A stretch of DNA of 64,000 bases from the human T2T-CHM13v2.0 reference genome, Homo sapiens (GCF_009914755.1 NC_060934.1), one strand, 5' to 3'; counted from the stretch's first letter, positions 1 to 15,607 are shown. A program made the numbers and translations. Notes: generated from the letters alone by a model not told the origin.

Positions 1-554
<554 letters not shown>

Positions 555-2581
555 TCATGAGCCAATTAAACCTCTTTTCTTGTAAATTACCCAGTCTCAG
601 GTGTTTATTTATAGAAATGCCAGAATAGCCTAATACAGAAAATTGGTACTGAGGAGTGGGGCACTGCTATAAAGATACATAAAAATGTTGAAGTGACTTT
701 GCAACTTGGTAACAAGCAAATGTTAGAGGATTTTGGAGGGCTCAGAAGACAGGAAGATGAGGGAAAATTTGGAACTTTTTAGAGACTGATTAAATGGTCG
801 TAACCAAAATGCTGACAGTGATATGGATAACAAAGTCCAGGATACTGAGGTCTCAGATGGACATGAGGAACGTATCAGGAACTAGAGCAAAGGTCACACA
901 TATTATGCCTTAGCAAAGAGATTGGCTGCATTGTGTTCATGCCCTAGGGATCTGTGAAAGTTTGAGCTTCAGAGTGATGATTTAGGATATGTGGCAGAAG
1001 AAATTTTTAAGTAGTAAAGCAGTCAAGATGTGGCCTGGCTGCTTCTAACAGCCTAAACTCAGATATAGGAGCAAAAAATGGCTTAGATTTGGAACTTATA
1101 TTTAAAAGGAAAGCAGAATGTATCAATTAATTAATTAATTATTATAAGTTTGGAAAATTTGCAGCCTGGACATGTGGTAAAAAAAAAAAACCTATTTTCA
1201 GGGGGAAGAGTTCAAGTGCTAAGGCACTTGGCTCCCTTTCAGTTACACATATATTTCTAGCAAGTGGTGGCAAACTATATTATAGTTTTATTGCCATGTG
1301 GAATATTAACAAATTTGATATCTAATGTACCAATCTTATTTCAGCATTCTTTTTTTTTTATTAATCACATGCTTTTAGCTCTCATATTCTCCTTTGAACC
1401 AGCTTTACCATTCTGCCGGTTCCCTCTGTAATGTGTTAAATTAATCTTCGACACATGCTCACTACAAATTTTTGGATATTATCATTGACACTGAATTACT
1501 AACACTTACGCAACTGTTCCACATTCTCACAAGTCTGCAGTGTTTTCCCCATTTGCTGGTACAACATAGCCCTTCCCTATATCACCCTCTAGCCTCACTA
1601 CCTGTCCCCAAACCTATTCTCCTCCAAGTTATCTTCTGTTTATCTCTTTCAGCTAAACTATAATGTCAACTCCTTAGGAAGCCTTTCCTGACACACCCCA
1701 AAACACATCCACATGCATGCACACACACACGATATACACACCTCCCTGATTTTTATAGCTTTCTCTCTAGATTTTGGGAAAGGGCCTTGAAGGCATTTTA
1801 AAGACCTTCACAGCAGCTCCTCCCATCACAGGTGCAGAGGCCTAGGAGGGAATCATGATTTTGTGGGCCATTCCCAGGGCCCTGCTACCCTGCACAGCCT
1901 TACAGCCTTGGAACACCGCTTCCCACATCCAAGCTGCTTCAGCTCCAGCCAGGGCTCAAAGAAGCCCAGGTACAGCTTAAGCTGCCACCTTGGAGAATGC
2001 AAGCCATAAGCCTTAGTGGTTTCCACGTGGTATCAAACCTGTGGTTGTGCAGAGTGCAAAAGTGAAGGCTTGGCAGCCTGCACCTAGATTTCAGAGGATG
2101 TATGAGACAGCCTGTGTGCCCGGGCAGAAGCTCACTGCAGGGGCAAAGCCCTCAGAGAAAACCTCTACTAGGGCAGTGCCAAGGGGAAATGTGGAGTTGG
2201 AACCCCTGCACAGAGTCCCCAATGGGGTACTGCCTACTGGATCTGTGGAAAGAGAGCTGCCACTCTCCAGAACCCAGAATGGTAGAGCCACCATCAGTTT
2301 GCAACCTCAGTGTGGAAAAGCCACAGGGGTAGAGCTGCCCAAAGCCTTGGGAACCCACCCCTTGCACCTCTGTGCCCTGGATGTGAGACATAAAGTCAAA
2401 GGAGATTATTTTGGAGCTTTAAGATTTAATGACTGCCCTCCTGGGTTCCAAAATTGCATGAAACTCATAGCCCCTTTCTTTTGGCCAATTTCTCCCTTTT
2501 GGAATGGGAATGTTTGCCCAATGACTATACCTCCATTGTATCTTGGGAGTAAATAACTTGTTTGATTTTACAGGCTCATAG

Positions 2582-2933
<352 letters not shown>

Positions 2934-3875
2934 TGGACTTGGGACTTTGGAATTAATGCTGGAAAGAGTTAAGACTTTGGTGGGGGGATATCAAAAAGGG
3001 ATGCTTGTATTTTGAAATGTGAGAAGCATACGAGACTTGGGGAAGGGCCAGGGCTGGAATGATATATTTTGTATATTTGTTTGTGCCCAAATCTCATGTT
3101 GAATTGTAATCCCCAGTATTGGTGGTGGGGGCTGGTGGGAGGTGATGAGATCATGGGGATAGATTTCTCCTGAATGGCTTGGCACCATCCCCATGGTGTT
3201 GTTCTGGTAATAGTGAGTGAGTTCTTGTGAGATCTGGTTGTTTAAAAGTGTGTGGCACCTCCCTTCCCCTTGCTCTTGCTCCCACCATGTGAAATGCCTG
3301 CTCCTCCTTTGCCTTCTGCCATGACTGGAAGCTTCCTGCAGCCTCCCCAGAAGCAGATGCTGGAACTCTGCTTTCTGTACAGCCTGCAGAACCATGAGCC
3401 AATTAAATCTCTTTTCTTATACGTTACCCAGTCTCAGGTATTTCTTTATAGCAATGCAAGAATGGCCTAATACAAACTATAACAATTATTGTGGAAATTC
3501 TTATAGATCTCTATGCATTTAAAACTTACCAGTATTTTAAAGTTAACATTTACTTTGACAGAGTCCTAGTCTTATGAGTAGTGAATAGTAAGCCAAACAA
3601 AATTACTCCCCCACTAGAACATCAGGTGATCTTTAGGTAGGTTTGCTAAACAGTGTGCTAAGGAGACACTGAAAGGCACTGGAAGTCTTTTGGCTTATTC
3701 TCAACCTTGACGTATAGTTTTCTAAATACTAGAAGCCTGGAATTATAGAGGGTTTAGAGATAAGGCTAGCAAGGTAGGCAGGGCGGATGTAGGGGGGCTT
3801 TGCCTGCTATGGTAGAGTGTGAACTTCATCCCGGTGCAAGTCACTGACTGGTTTTGATCAGAGAAATGATGATTT

Positions 3876-3977
3876 ATCCCTCCACCCATCTATCCATCTA
3901 CCCATCCATCCATCCACCCATCCATCCATCCATCCATCCATCCATCCATCCATCCATCTATCCATCCATCCATCCAT
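3876..3977 (+). repeat. (TCCA)n tetranucleotide microsatellite
   Basis: Visible tandem TCCA with TCTA/CCCA interruptions. Confidence 0.95.
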
Positions 3978-4720
3978 TTATTCAACAAATCTTAACTGAG
4001 TATGCCTAGTACTAGCCCCAGAGTTGGGAATAGAGGGGTGAATAAGACAAGAAAAGTATGTTTCTACTCTTGTGCAGTTTACATCTAGTGGAGAGAGAAA
4101 TACAATAATTATATCAATTCTCTGGCTGTGGCTAATCTTAGGGTGGTCAAGGAAGGCCTCTGCAGGAGTGATAGTGGAGAGAAAGAACCAGCTACACAGG
4201 ATCTGGGGAGGTAGATTTCAGCACGAGGAAATAAAGCAAAGGTTGGAATTAACTGAGTGGGTCACATGAATAAAAAGATGATGTGGGTGGCTGGAGTACA
4301 GGGGACAGTTTGCTGAATGGGCTGAGCATCTGCAGAGCAGCAGGAAAGGGGATTATACAGGGCCCCATGATCTCAATTCTTAGAGTGATGGTGTTTAAGC
4401 TGGAAAAAAAGACATGACCTAATTTAGGGTTTTCAACTGATTATTTTGACTGTTGTGTGGAACATGGATTAAGGGACACAGCAAGAGAAACCAGCAAAGA
4501 GACCAGGGTGGGTAGGCTTTGGGAAGACTGTAAGAGATGGTGGGGTCTGTAACACAGCGTTAGCATGACCAGGTTTCTGATTTTGAAAGGTCACCTTGGA
4601 GAGCAGCAGGCTGGAGCCCTGGAGAGAAGAGTGGCTGGAGTTAAGGAACTACTTTAGAGTTCAGGAGAGAACTGATGAGACTCCAGATTAGATGGTAAGA
4701 ATGGGAACAAAGAAATGGAT
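3975..4720 (-). mobile_element. L2 3' fragment
   Basis: CATTTATTCAACAAATCTTAACTGAG is the reverse complement of an L2 3' terminus, followed by purine-rich L2-like sequence. Confidence 0.65.
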
Positions 4721-5380
4721 TGAAATCATGTTGGAGCTTAAAGAAAATAATTCAGAAGCTGCTTCTAATGAGGGCTTCTGTTTTCAGAGCCTTCATTTTC
4801 ATATGCAGTGCCTGGCTAGAGAGGAACAGCTCTCACCTAGACCTTGTTCTTCCTGTTCTCCTCCTCAGTCTGCGTATCCCTCCAAGTGGAAAAAAGGAAC
4901 CCTTGAAGAAATACCTGGGGAGGTTGAGTCCACTCCCTGTAGGAGGACACACGCTCTGCCGTTCCAGGTCTCTCCTACACCAAGGAGAGATTAAATCTCG
5001 TTTTGACAAGGACTCCTCTTATGATGGTCTTATAGGCACCTTCTGTGGTGGTTGGTGGCTGAAGGTGTTGCATCACCTGTGAATGATTTCAAACAGAGAA
5101 GAAGCCAGCCATTTTCAAATACACTCCTATTTAGAGCCAGAATCCTACAGACAATAAATAGTGGGGCAGGCATTTTCATCTCAGTCTCTGTATCCCAAGC
5201 GGACACTACTTCACTGCTACTACTCAGAGGCTCAAAGTTCTCAAGGGAGATGCTTTCAGTTTGGTTTTGCAGTAAACTGTCAACCCTGCAGGCCTAAGCT
5301 GGAAGGCAAAGCCCCAGGGCTCATTCAAGCAGGTACCCGCATAACCCCAGGCCTCCTGCTGTCCTTCTGTTTGGAGTTTT

Positions 5381-5680
<300 letters not shown>

Positions 5681-6886
5681 CTGTTTGGAGTTTTAAAACA
5701 TTAGTCTTATATCTGGGATGGGTGTTTTTCTAGGCCAGAGCAAGAATGGCATGTGGTGGTGAGCTTAGAGGCTTTGTATTTATGCAGGAAAGAAAATGCT
5801 GGCACTTGGAGATCACAGGAAAGCCAGGTGAGGTCTCATTTGTTCTAAGTAACAAGAAAAATGTGATTGTTTTTCCAAGTTCTAGTCCCTTTGGGTAATT
5901 ACATCCAATGTTGTCTTCTCCAAGATCAAAGGGTGACTCTTTGGATCTGCGTTGCAAATGAGTTACTATACTTTGCAAGCTAAGTCACCACTGCCTAGGT
6001 TGTTGTGAGATGGGGCAGGTATACCAGGAGCGCTTGGTCTCAGAAGGATGACACAACAAACCCAGTGAAGCTGGAGACGCATCTTTCAAACAAATTGGTG
6101 AGGAAAAGAAGGGTTTGAGAATGGGACAGAGGACACAATCACTGTGCACACTGTGCACAGACATCCCAAGTAGGGAGGAGATTTTCAAAAAAATTCAGCT
6201 CTGAAGCTGTTGTTTTATATCGAAGGTAGGTCCGTCAACAACCCTAATCCTCCACCCCAATGTAGCAGCCAAAAGGAGAAGGTGTTCTGTTGCATATATT
6301 TGCAGAATGGTTTGGAAGGAAGTCTTGTTCCTGAAGTTCCAGTAATTGCAAGCATCTGTCACTAACAAATAGAAAATGGAAATAGCTCAAGAAATAGACT
6401 TACACTTGCTGAAGTTAATGCTTGCAAGGCTAAACTTGAAGCAATTTTAGACACAGAGTACAAAGAGTCTGCAATGAGTATATCAACCCTGATAGAGGAG
6501 AGAGTCCAATGTAGTACAGATCAGTGAGGAATGTGTGTGTAGGGGTGGGGGGTGGTACATCTGTGAGGGTGTATTCTTGTGGTCTAAGCCATGGCAAGAA
6601 TGTTATAAATGTAGGCATCATTATGCTCATTTGACCAGTAGGAAATCTGATGCCCGGAGAATTGAGCCAACTTGTTTCTGTCATAAATTGAATCCATGTC
6701 TGTAAGAATTCAAACCACCTTGTCCATTCATGGATGGGGGTTGGATGCACCCCGGAGGTGGACCGGGGGGCAGGCCAACCAGACACCTGAAGAAGAGGTT
6801 GTTGAGAACGTTAGCAGGGCAGACACCTTCCTCAGCCTCTCTTTGCATACTTATTATGTATACTATTATGCACATCAGCAAAACCA

Positions 6887-7140
6887 ATATTTCTCACACC
6901 GTGTTCTTAAGATTATTACTGTGTTACTAGTACCCCATGAAATATTAGGAAATATCCTACAAAGGGCTTCTTTGCCCAGAGAAATTTGGGTTAAAAGATG
7001 ATCCTTTTACAGGAGGACTTGTCCAACCTTTTAATAGGCTGTCGTGCGTGACGAAGAGGAGATAAAGTATATCACGTTTCCTAAATTTACTGGATCTTAT
7101 TGCCCGCCCCCCCCCCCCCGCCCTGTTTAGTGGATGGTCT
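6887..7140. mobile_element. Probable MER103-like hAT-Charlie remnant
   Basis: Degenerate similarity to recalled MER103C (AAATTTGGGTTAAA...CCTTTTAATAGGCT...CGTTTCCTAAATTTA). Confidence 0.4.
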
Positions 7141-7634
7141 CTATAGCTATAGCTATATTTATATATTAGTCTCCTTCATTTAGTGAATTGTATATGTAGT
7201 TCATTCTGTAAAGTGGGCTTAGGTCTTTTTATTTTTATTTTTCTTGAAAACGTTCTGCATTACAAGAGCTTCTACACTTTGTACAGCTCAGAATTTTGTT
7301 GGCAGCATGCACAGAATGGCAGAGAAGTGCAGGGAAAAGGGCCTAGACTCTGGGAGTTTGCAGATTGAGCTGCGGGGAGCAGGATGCACAGCCTGAAGAA
7401 GGAATGTATCTAGAGAAAAGGATGAGGGAGTAGTAATCCAGACAAGGGGAGAATGATAAGGCAACTAGGAGAATGAGATTCTTGCAGTAAAGTGGAGAAT
7501 AAATGGACAGGCCAAAAATATGAGAGAGGGTGAGCCTGCTGTACTGTTTTCCTCCATTTCCCTGCAAAGAATCATGTTCGAACTGCTTCTTACTGCTGGG
7601 CACCACATAGGCTGGTGCCCAGCAAGAGTGCAGT

Positions 7635-7777
7635 TAAATAATCTGGGGCTTTGCGGCCAAACAGATTTGCATTCAAATCTTGCTCACTAATTCCTGGTTT
7701 GTGAGTTTGAGTACATTCCTTCAACTCATCTCGTGACTGCTAAGAACTGTTGAGAAGTTTCAAGGAGGTAATGCATC
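7635..7777 (+). mobile_element. MIR fragment
   Basis: GGGCTTTG...CAGATTTGCATTCAAATCTTGCTC...GTGAGTTTGAG resembles the MIR head/core. Confidence 0.55.
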
Positions 7778-7952
7778 TGTGATGGTTAATGCTGAGTGTC
7801 AACTTGATTGGATTGAAGGATGCAAAGTATTGTTCCTGGGTGTGTCTGTGAGGGTGTTTCCAAAGGAGATTAACATTTGAGTGAGTGAACTGGGAGATGC
7901 AGACCCACCCTCAATCTGGGTAGGGACCATCTAATCAGCTGCTAGCATAGCT
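7778..7952 (+). mobile_element. MLT2A-type (HERVL) LTR, 5' fragment
   Basis: TGTGATGGTTAATGCTGAGTGTCAACTTGATTGGATTGAAGGATGCAAAGTATTGTTCCTGGGTGTGTCTGTGAGGG matches the MLT2A start; truncated after ~175 bp. Confidence 0.88.
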
Positions 7953-9775
7953 TGGGACTCAGAGTACCTTTCATCTGTCATAGGCTTTGCTTTACTTTCC
8001 TCTTTGCCTTCCGGCTCTCTGGCCTCTTTTCTTTCTCTAAGTCTCTTCCTTTCTCTATTTCAGGCTTAGGAATTGTTTAAACCTTGATTGTGGATAAACT
8101 GCTTCCTTATAACTGAGAACTAATTGTTCCTAAGCAGATTAGAACTGAAATTGGAAGCTGGGTGAAAGGTGCAACTCCCCACACCATGTTACCACGCCTC
8201 CCGGAGGCTGTCTCACGGGCCAGGCATGCAGCACTCCTCCTCTGGGTCTATGGCTGCTCTTCCTGGTAGACCTATTTTGCTTTGCAACATTATATTCTGC
8301 TAAACAGATTTAAAGAGAACATTTAACTCCTGTATGATAGACCTATTGGCAGTGCGACATTGGGGAAATTTTAAATGGTATGTGTATGGTATTTTTTGCC
8401 ACTTGAATTTTTTTGTTACTCTTTCAAAATGTAAATCAAAACTTCCATTGTGTACGTCTTTCCTGCCATTATGTTACATGATGTTCTTTGCCTGTTACAT
8501 CTGAGCAAAAGAAAGCTGGGTCTAAAATGGCTGTTGTCAGCTTCTGGAATTCTGGACAGACAACGTCAATGTATCTGAACACACAACGGAATATTTAGGA
8601 GAGTTGCTAAGTTGATAACCTTGGAGAACATTGTGCTTTTAAAAATGTCGAATGAATAAAATTTGAGAACTTATTATTTTCCCTCTGATTCATACATGTA
8701 ATATGTTCTCATTGTAAAAACTAGAAATACAGAAAACTACATCTCATCCAAAAATTAAATTATGGCATATTTTCTTACTTTCTAAGTCTCCTCTGTCTCC
8801 ATCTTCCTCTCCCCTCTCTCAGAAACCAACAGATGATCAGACTGGACACATGGGTCAGTTTCATTTATTTAACATATTTTGGAGAATTTCTGCCTCATTA
8901 AATCATCTCCTGTTCATGATCTTAAAAGCTATTTTACCACATAGATATACTACAGATTTTTTGACCTGTCCCTTATTGTTGTCCCTTATGTGGCATATGT
9001 CAATTGTTGGATGCTTATTAGGTGGCTGCTAATTTTAGGGGGATTATACATATCACTGTGATGAACATCACTGTTCACCTATCTTTGTGCACTTCTCTAA
9101 TGATTTCTTTAAAATTATTTCCTAAAGAGCACAACCTGGTTAAGCACACGGGATCTCTGGTTCCAGATGGCCCTCCAGAAAGCCAGCAGCAACATGCACC
9201 CTCATCTGAGACAGCTGGACTTTTTCTGTGCTTCACCAACCTGGGCACAAAGAACACAAAGCAAAGCAAAAACAAAGCAGCTCTACCAGTTTGATGTGTG
9301 AAGTGTACCATTTCATTATTGTGTTATGTTCTCGTTCTTTGATTTCGCATGAACTTGACTATTTTATGTAGTGTTTATTTTCCATTGATTTTCTTATTTT
9401 ATAAATTGCCTTATTCATGCCCTTTGCTCATTTGTTTATTGGAGTGTTCACTAGCATGTAGCAGTTCTCTCTCTCATAAATGAAATATATTAAGCCTTCA
9501 TCTGGTGGATAGGTTACCCATATTTTTTCTATTTTTTTTAGTAGTCTTTTAATTCTGCGTATGTCATTTTTAGGTGCTCAGAAGTTTAAAAATCTTATCT
9601 AGTAAAATCAATCAGGCTTTTCCTTTATTATTCCTTCATTTGTTCTTATGGTTACAAAGCCCTTCCCTACTCTGTCAAATAGCTATTCGTTTCTATTTTC
9701 TTTGATGGTTTATTTTTTCAGATTTAGCTTGTCAGTTGTTTGCAATATATTTTAATGTGTGATATGAGGATCTAA

Positions 9776-10174
<399 letters not shown>

Positions 10175-10567
10175 TAAGCAGTATTTACAAATACATGAGT
10201 TGCTTTCTGAGTTTGTCAATTTTTCCTCTCATTAATGTCATTTAATTCTTCATTAGTGCCATATTTGTGTGACTGGAAATGTACTTGTATATAGTACTCG
10301 CCTTTAAAAAAGTAGGTACGTTCCTCTCTTGATTCTTATGATGAAATATCTTTATTTTGGTGAGCTCCTCAAAGACTTCATTGCAATTTTGATTAGAATT
10401 CTATTAAAATGCAAAATAATTTTGCACTTAGTTTTCTGTATACATTTATAAGTTTGTTATTCAAGCTTTCTTTGATCTTTACAAAAAATTAGTAATTTCA
10501 CATAATTTCTTCATATTTCGTAATTAATTGAATATTAATTGTTTTCCATTGTTCGTTGCGATTATGA

Positions 10568-10924
<357 letters not shown>

Positions 10925-11057
10925 GGTCATGGTGTATGGTGTATTGCATTTTGCTGAGCTCTTTTTTGAAAATAAGAAATTTTACACAGAAATGTGTTTA
11001 CATATAGTAAATATTATATGTATATATTTATCTGTGATACTGTATTCTCCTATTTTT

Positions 11058-11332
11058 GGTTAATGGGTATAAAAATGCAGTTAGAAGGTATAAGTTCTAG
11101 TATTCAGTAATATAGTAGAAAAATCATAGCTAACAATAATTTATTATATATTTTAAAGTAGCTGAAAGAGAATTATTGTAATGTCTCTAACACAAAGATC
11201 AATGTTTGAGGTGATGGGTATGGCAATTATTCTTATTTGATCATCACACATTGCATACATGTATCAAAATATCACATATACCTCAAAAATATGTACAATA
11301 ATGATATGTCAATTAAGAAAATAAAAAAAAAG
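11058..11332 (+). mobile_element. L1MA 3' end
   Basis: AATGTTTGAGGTGATGG...TTGATCATCACACATTG...ATGTCAATTAA followed by an A tail; typical L1MA 3'UTR. Confidence 0.8.
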
Positions 11333-11645
11333 AAATTCCTCTAACAGTGGCAAAATAATGTGGATCTTGGCAGGCATTCTTTTTTTGCTCCTGCATTTAA
11401 TGGAAATGCCTCTAAACTGAATCATGAAGAATAATGTCTGGTCTTGCCTTGAAGTAAATAATTTTTGTCACATAAAAGAAATATGTTTTAATTTTTACTT
11501 CTATGAAGAGGGTATTTTCCCCTATCATGAACAGGATGTTGATTTAATCAAATGCTTTTCCTGCTTCTGTTCGGGGAATAAATTGGTTTTTATTTTCATA
11601 ACTTATTGATATACCACAATATTTTAATAGATTCACAAATATTAA

Positions 11646-11966
<321 letters not shown>

Positions 11967-12365
11967 GACTATTCTTTACATAGTCATGTTGTATATTTAC
12001 TTGAATATATTTTGAATTCAACACTACCAATAATTGCATTTGTATTAGATAACTGATTTATGGTTTTCCTTTATTTTGTACTCTATTTTCAGCTGTTTGA
12101 AAAGTAGTTGAAGTATTTCTTTGTAAGAGATTTGAAAGAACTCACCTGGAAAATTATTTGTGCCTGTGATCTGTTATGGACTTAATCCTTTAACAACATT
12201 TTCAGGTTTTTCCCACCGATGAAACTTTTTAGATTTTCTCATTTAGTCTTGGGTCTATTTTGATAATTTATATTTGCTTTTAAAATTTTCCCATTTTTAA
12301 AGGATTTTGAAATCCATATAGATGGGCTTTTAAATCATATAATTCTCTATTTAAAAACAATGTCA

Positions 12366-12784
<419 letters not shown>

Positions 12785-12840
12785 TCAAATTCAGCCCTTG
12801 AATTTATTTGTTAATTTTACTATTTTCTGTTTTGCAAATA

Positions 12841-13157
12841 CAGTTGTCCCATAGTATCTTTGAGGAACTGGTTTCAGGACTTACCTACCTGCCAATACCA
12901 AATCTGAGGATGCTCAAGTCTCTTATATAAAATAGCATGGTGTTTGTGTATTACCTATGCACATCCTTCCATATGCAGTACTTTAAATCCTTCCTAGCTT
13001 GCTTATAATACCTAATGCAATGTAAATGGTTGTTATACTGTGTTGCTTTTGCTTGCATCCTTTTTTATCATATTATTATCTTTTATTTTTTAATGTTTTT
13101 GATCTGAAGTTGGTTGAATTTTCAGATGAGGAACCTGTGCGTATGGAGGGCCAACCG
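12841..13157 (+). mobile_element. MER2 (TcMar-Tigger MITE)
   Basis: TIRs CAGTTGTCCC.../...GGGCCAACCG flanked by TA; internal GGATGCTCAAGTC..TATATAAAAT. Confidence 0.88.
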
Positions 13158-13163
13158 TAATTA

Positions 13164-15006
13164 CAGTTGTACACCAAGTAAGAAGGCTTCTGTCAACAAT
13201 GGACCGAACATATGGTAATGGTCCCATAAGATTATAATGTGGTGAAAAATTCCTATCACCTAGTGACATTGTAGCCATTGTAATGTCATAGTGCAACGCA
13301 TTACTCAACTGTTTGTTGTAGTGCTGGTGTAAAAAAAAAAAATAACCTACTCACTGCCAGTTCTATAAAAGTATAGCATGTACAGTTAGGTACAATTGAT
13401 AATGATAATAAATGACACTGTTAATGCCATATATATTTACTATACTATACTTTTAATCATTATTTTAGAGTATACTCCTTTTACTTATTAAAAAAAAGTT
13501 ATCTTTAAAGCAGCCTCTGGCCAGTCTTTCAAGAGGAATTCCAGTACATATTATTATCACAGGAGATGACAGCTCCAAGTGTGTTACTGCCCCTGAAAAC
13601 CTTCCAGTGGGACAAGACATGGAGGGGCAAGACAATGATGATATTCATGATCCTGACTCCGTGTAGGCCTAGGCTAATGTGTGTGTTTTCATCTTAGTTT
13701 TTAATAAAAAAGTTTAAAAAGAAAAAAATGTAAATAGAAAAAAGATTATATAATAAGGAGTAAAGAAATAAAATATTTTTGTACAGCACGTTTTAAGCTA
13801 AGTGTTATTACAAAAGGGTCAAAAAGTTAAAAAAATTTAAAGTTCATAAAGTAAAAAACTAGAGCAAGCTAAGGCCAATTTATTACTGAAGAAAGACTAT
13901 TAAAAATTTAGCTTAGCCTAAATGTACAGTGTTTACAAAATGTGTGTAATAGTGTACAGTTACAGTAAGCTAAGGTCGATTTCTTTTTGAAGAAAGAATT
14001 TTAAAGATTGAGCTTAGCCTAAGTGTACAGTGTTCAGAAAATACGTATAGTAGTGTACAGCAATGGCCTAGGCCTTCACATTCACTCACTGACTCACCCA
14101 GAGCAACTTCTAGTCCTGCAGGCTCCATTCATGGTAAGTTCTCTATACAGGTAACTATTTTTAATCTATTAAACTGTATTTTTACTGTACCTTTTGTATG
14201 TTTAGCTATACAAATACTAACTGTGAGAGGCGCTCAAACCAGAGCCACTCTGTCTTGAATAGGGGCTGATTAAATGAGGCTAAGACCTCCTGGGCCGCAT
14301 TCCCAGGAGGTCAGGTATTCTTAGTCACAACATGTTTACGGTTAAGCAAACAGAAACAGACCCAGGACATGACAGACCCAGGACATGACAGACCCAGGAA
14401 ATGTCCTGTGTCCCAATATCAATATCTTAAGAACAAAAGCATTCCTAGTTTAAGAGTCAGTTTCGCTTCAAAGATAATAATATAGACTCTTGGCGAAAGA
14501 CAGTAGTTACACAAAGATTAGCAACCATTTGTCACAAACCCTTGTAGTAGAGCACAACTTTCCCATGATTTTTATCTTATATACAAACAAGCATGTGCCT
14601 AAGATGAGTGCGTTCCTCCTCTTACTTTTGGGAAAGTCCTGCTCTGTCTATGGAATAGCTATTCTTTCATTCCTTAACTTTCTTAATGAATTTGCATTCA
14701 CTTTACTCTGTGGACTTACCTTGAATTCTTTCTTGAGCAAGATTTAAGAACCCTGTCTTGGGGTCTGGATTGGGACCCCTTTCTGGTAACATAACCATTG
14801 TTTTATAATAGCCTGCAGTATTTGGTACTATTGATGCTATACAGGCTTGTAGCCCAGGAGCAACAGGTTATATTACATAGTCTATGTGTGCAGTAGGCTA
14901 TCCCATCTAGATTTGTGTAAGCACACTCTATGATGCCTGCACAACGACAAAATTGCCTAAGGATGCATTTCTCAGAACGTATTCCATCATTAAGTGACAT
15001 ATATTG
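13164..15006 (+). mobile_element. Tigger3b/MER7-type DNA transposon, interrupted by MER41
   Basis: 5' GGTCCCATAAGATTATAAT...AAAAATTCCTATCACCTAGTGAC; 3' GCATTTCTCAGAACGTAT...TTAAGTGAC. Confidence 0.87.
14222..14791 (+). mobile_element. MER41-family solo LTR (ERV1; C/D-like)
   Basis: TGTGAGAGGCG...AACCAGAGC start, GGGACCCCTTTCTGGTAACA end, 4-bp TSD TAAC (14218-14221, 14792-14795). Confidence 0.9.
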
Positions 15007-15607
15007 TGTTTTATGTTACCTTTATTTTTTCATTTTAAAAACATTTCTTAGATGTGCTTTTCTATAATTCCTTAAGTCAAATAGTTTAGTTATTTTAAAG
15101 CAGTAAATTTGAAGTAGAAACTTAGCCACATCTGATGTGTATTTATATGTATAATAATATTTTCCATTATGTTGTTTAAAAAGCAGTTTATAGTTGAGAT
15201 TTTGATTTTCTTTTTGACACTATCTAATTATTTTGAAAAATTATCCTTAAAGTGGTCCAGCCTTTTCACTTTGTTTTTTTTAAAAGAATGCTGCTAATTT
15301 TTTGGTTTCTTCTTGTTGCCAGGGTATTTGGTCTATAAATTTTTGCTTAGTAGCATGTCTTGAAGTTGCATTTGTGGTTTTAAAAATAACATATCATTAG
15401 TGGGGCAAAAATAAACCAATATATCTACTAAATCATTAAAATTACTTAGACTCTTGAGAACAAAGAATATCAAAAGTGATTTGTACATGCTTCAGAGGAT
15501 ATGCAGGTTTTAGAAAATAAACAGTTAAATATTTTTATTTTAGTAAAACAAATTAAGCTCTAGTAGTATTTACTATCCTCTTGATAATGACACTCTCACT
15601 CTAATTC

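Noticed and set aside
2041-2556. 171-aa ORF
   Set aside because: Remnant of the MaLR (MST) internal ORF with a non-ATG start; no evidence of a host gene.
14356-14403. Short direct repeats (also 28310-28700 and 36921-36989) as CRISPR-like arrays
   Set aside because: Tandem repeats inside TEs, without unique spacers or cas genes; the DNA is human.
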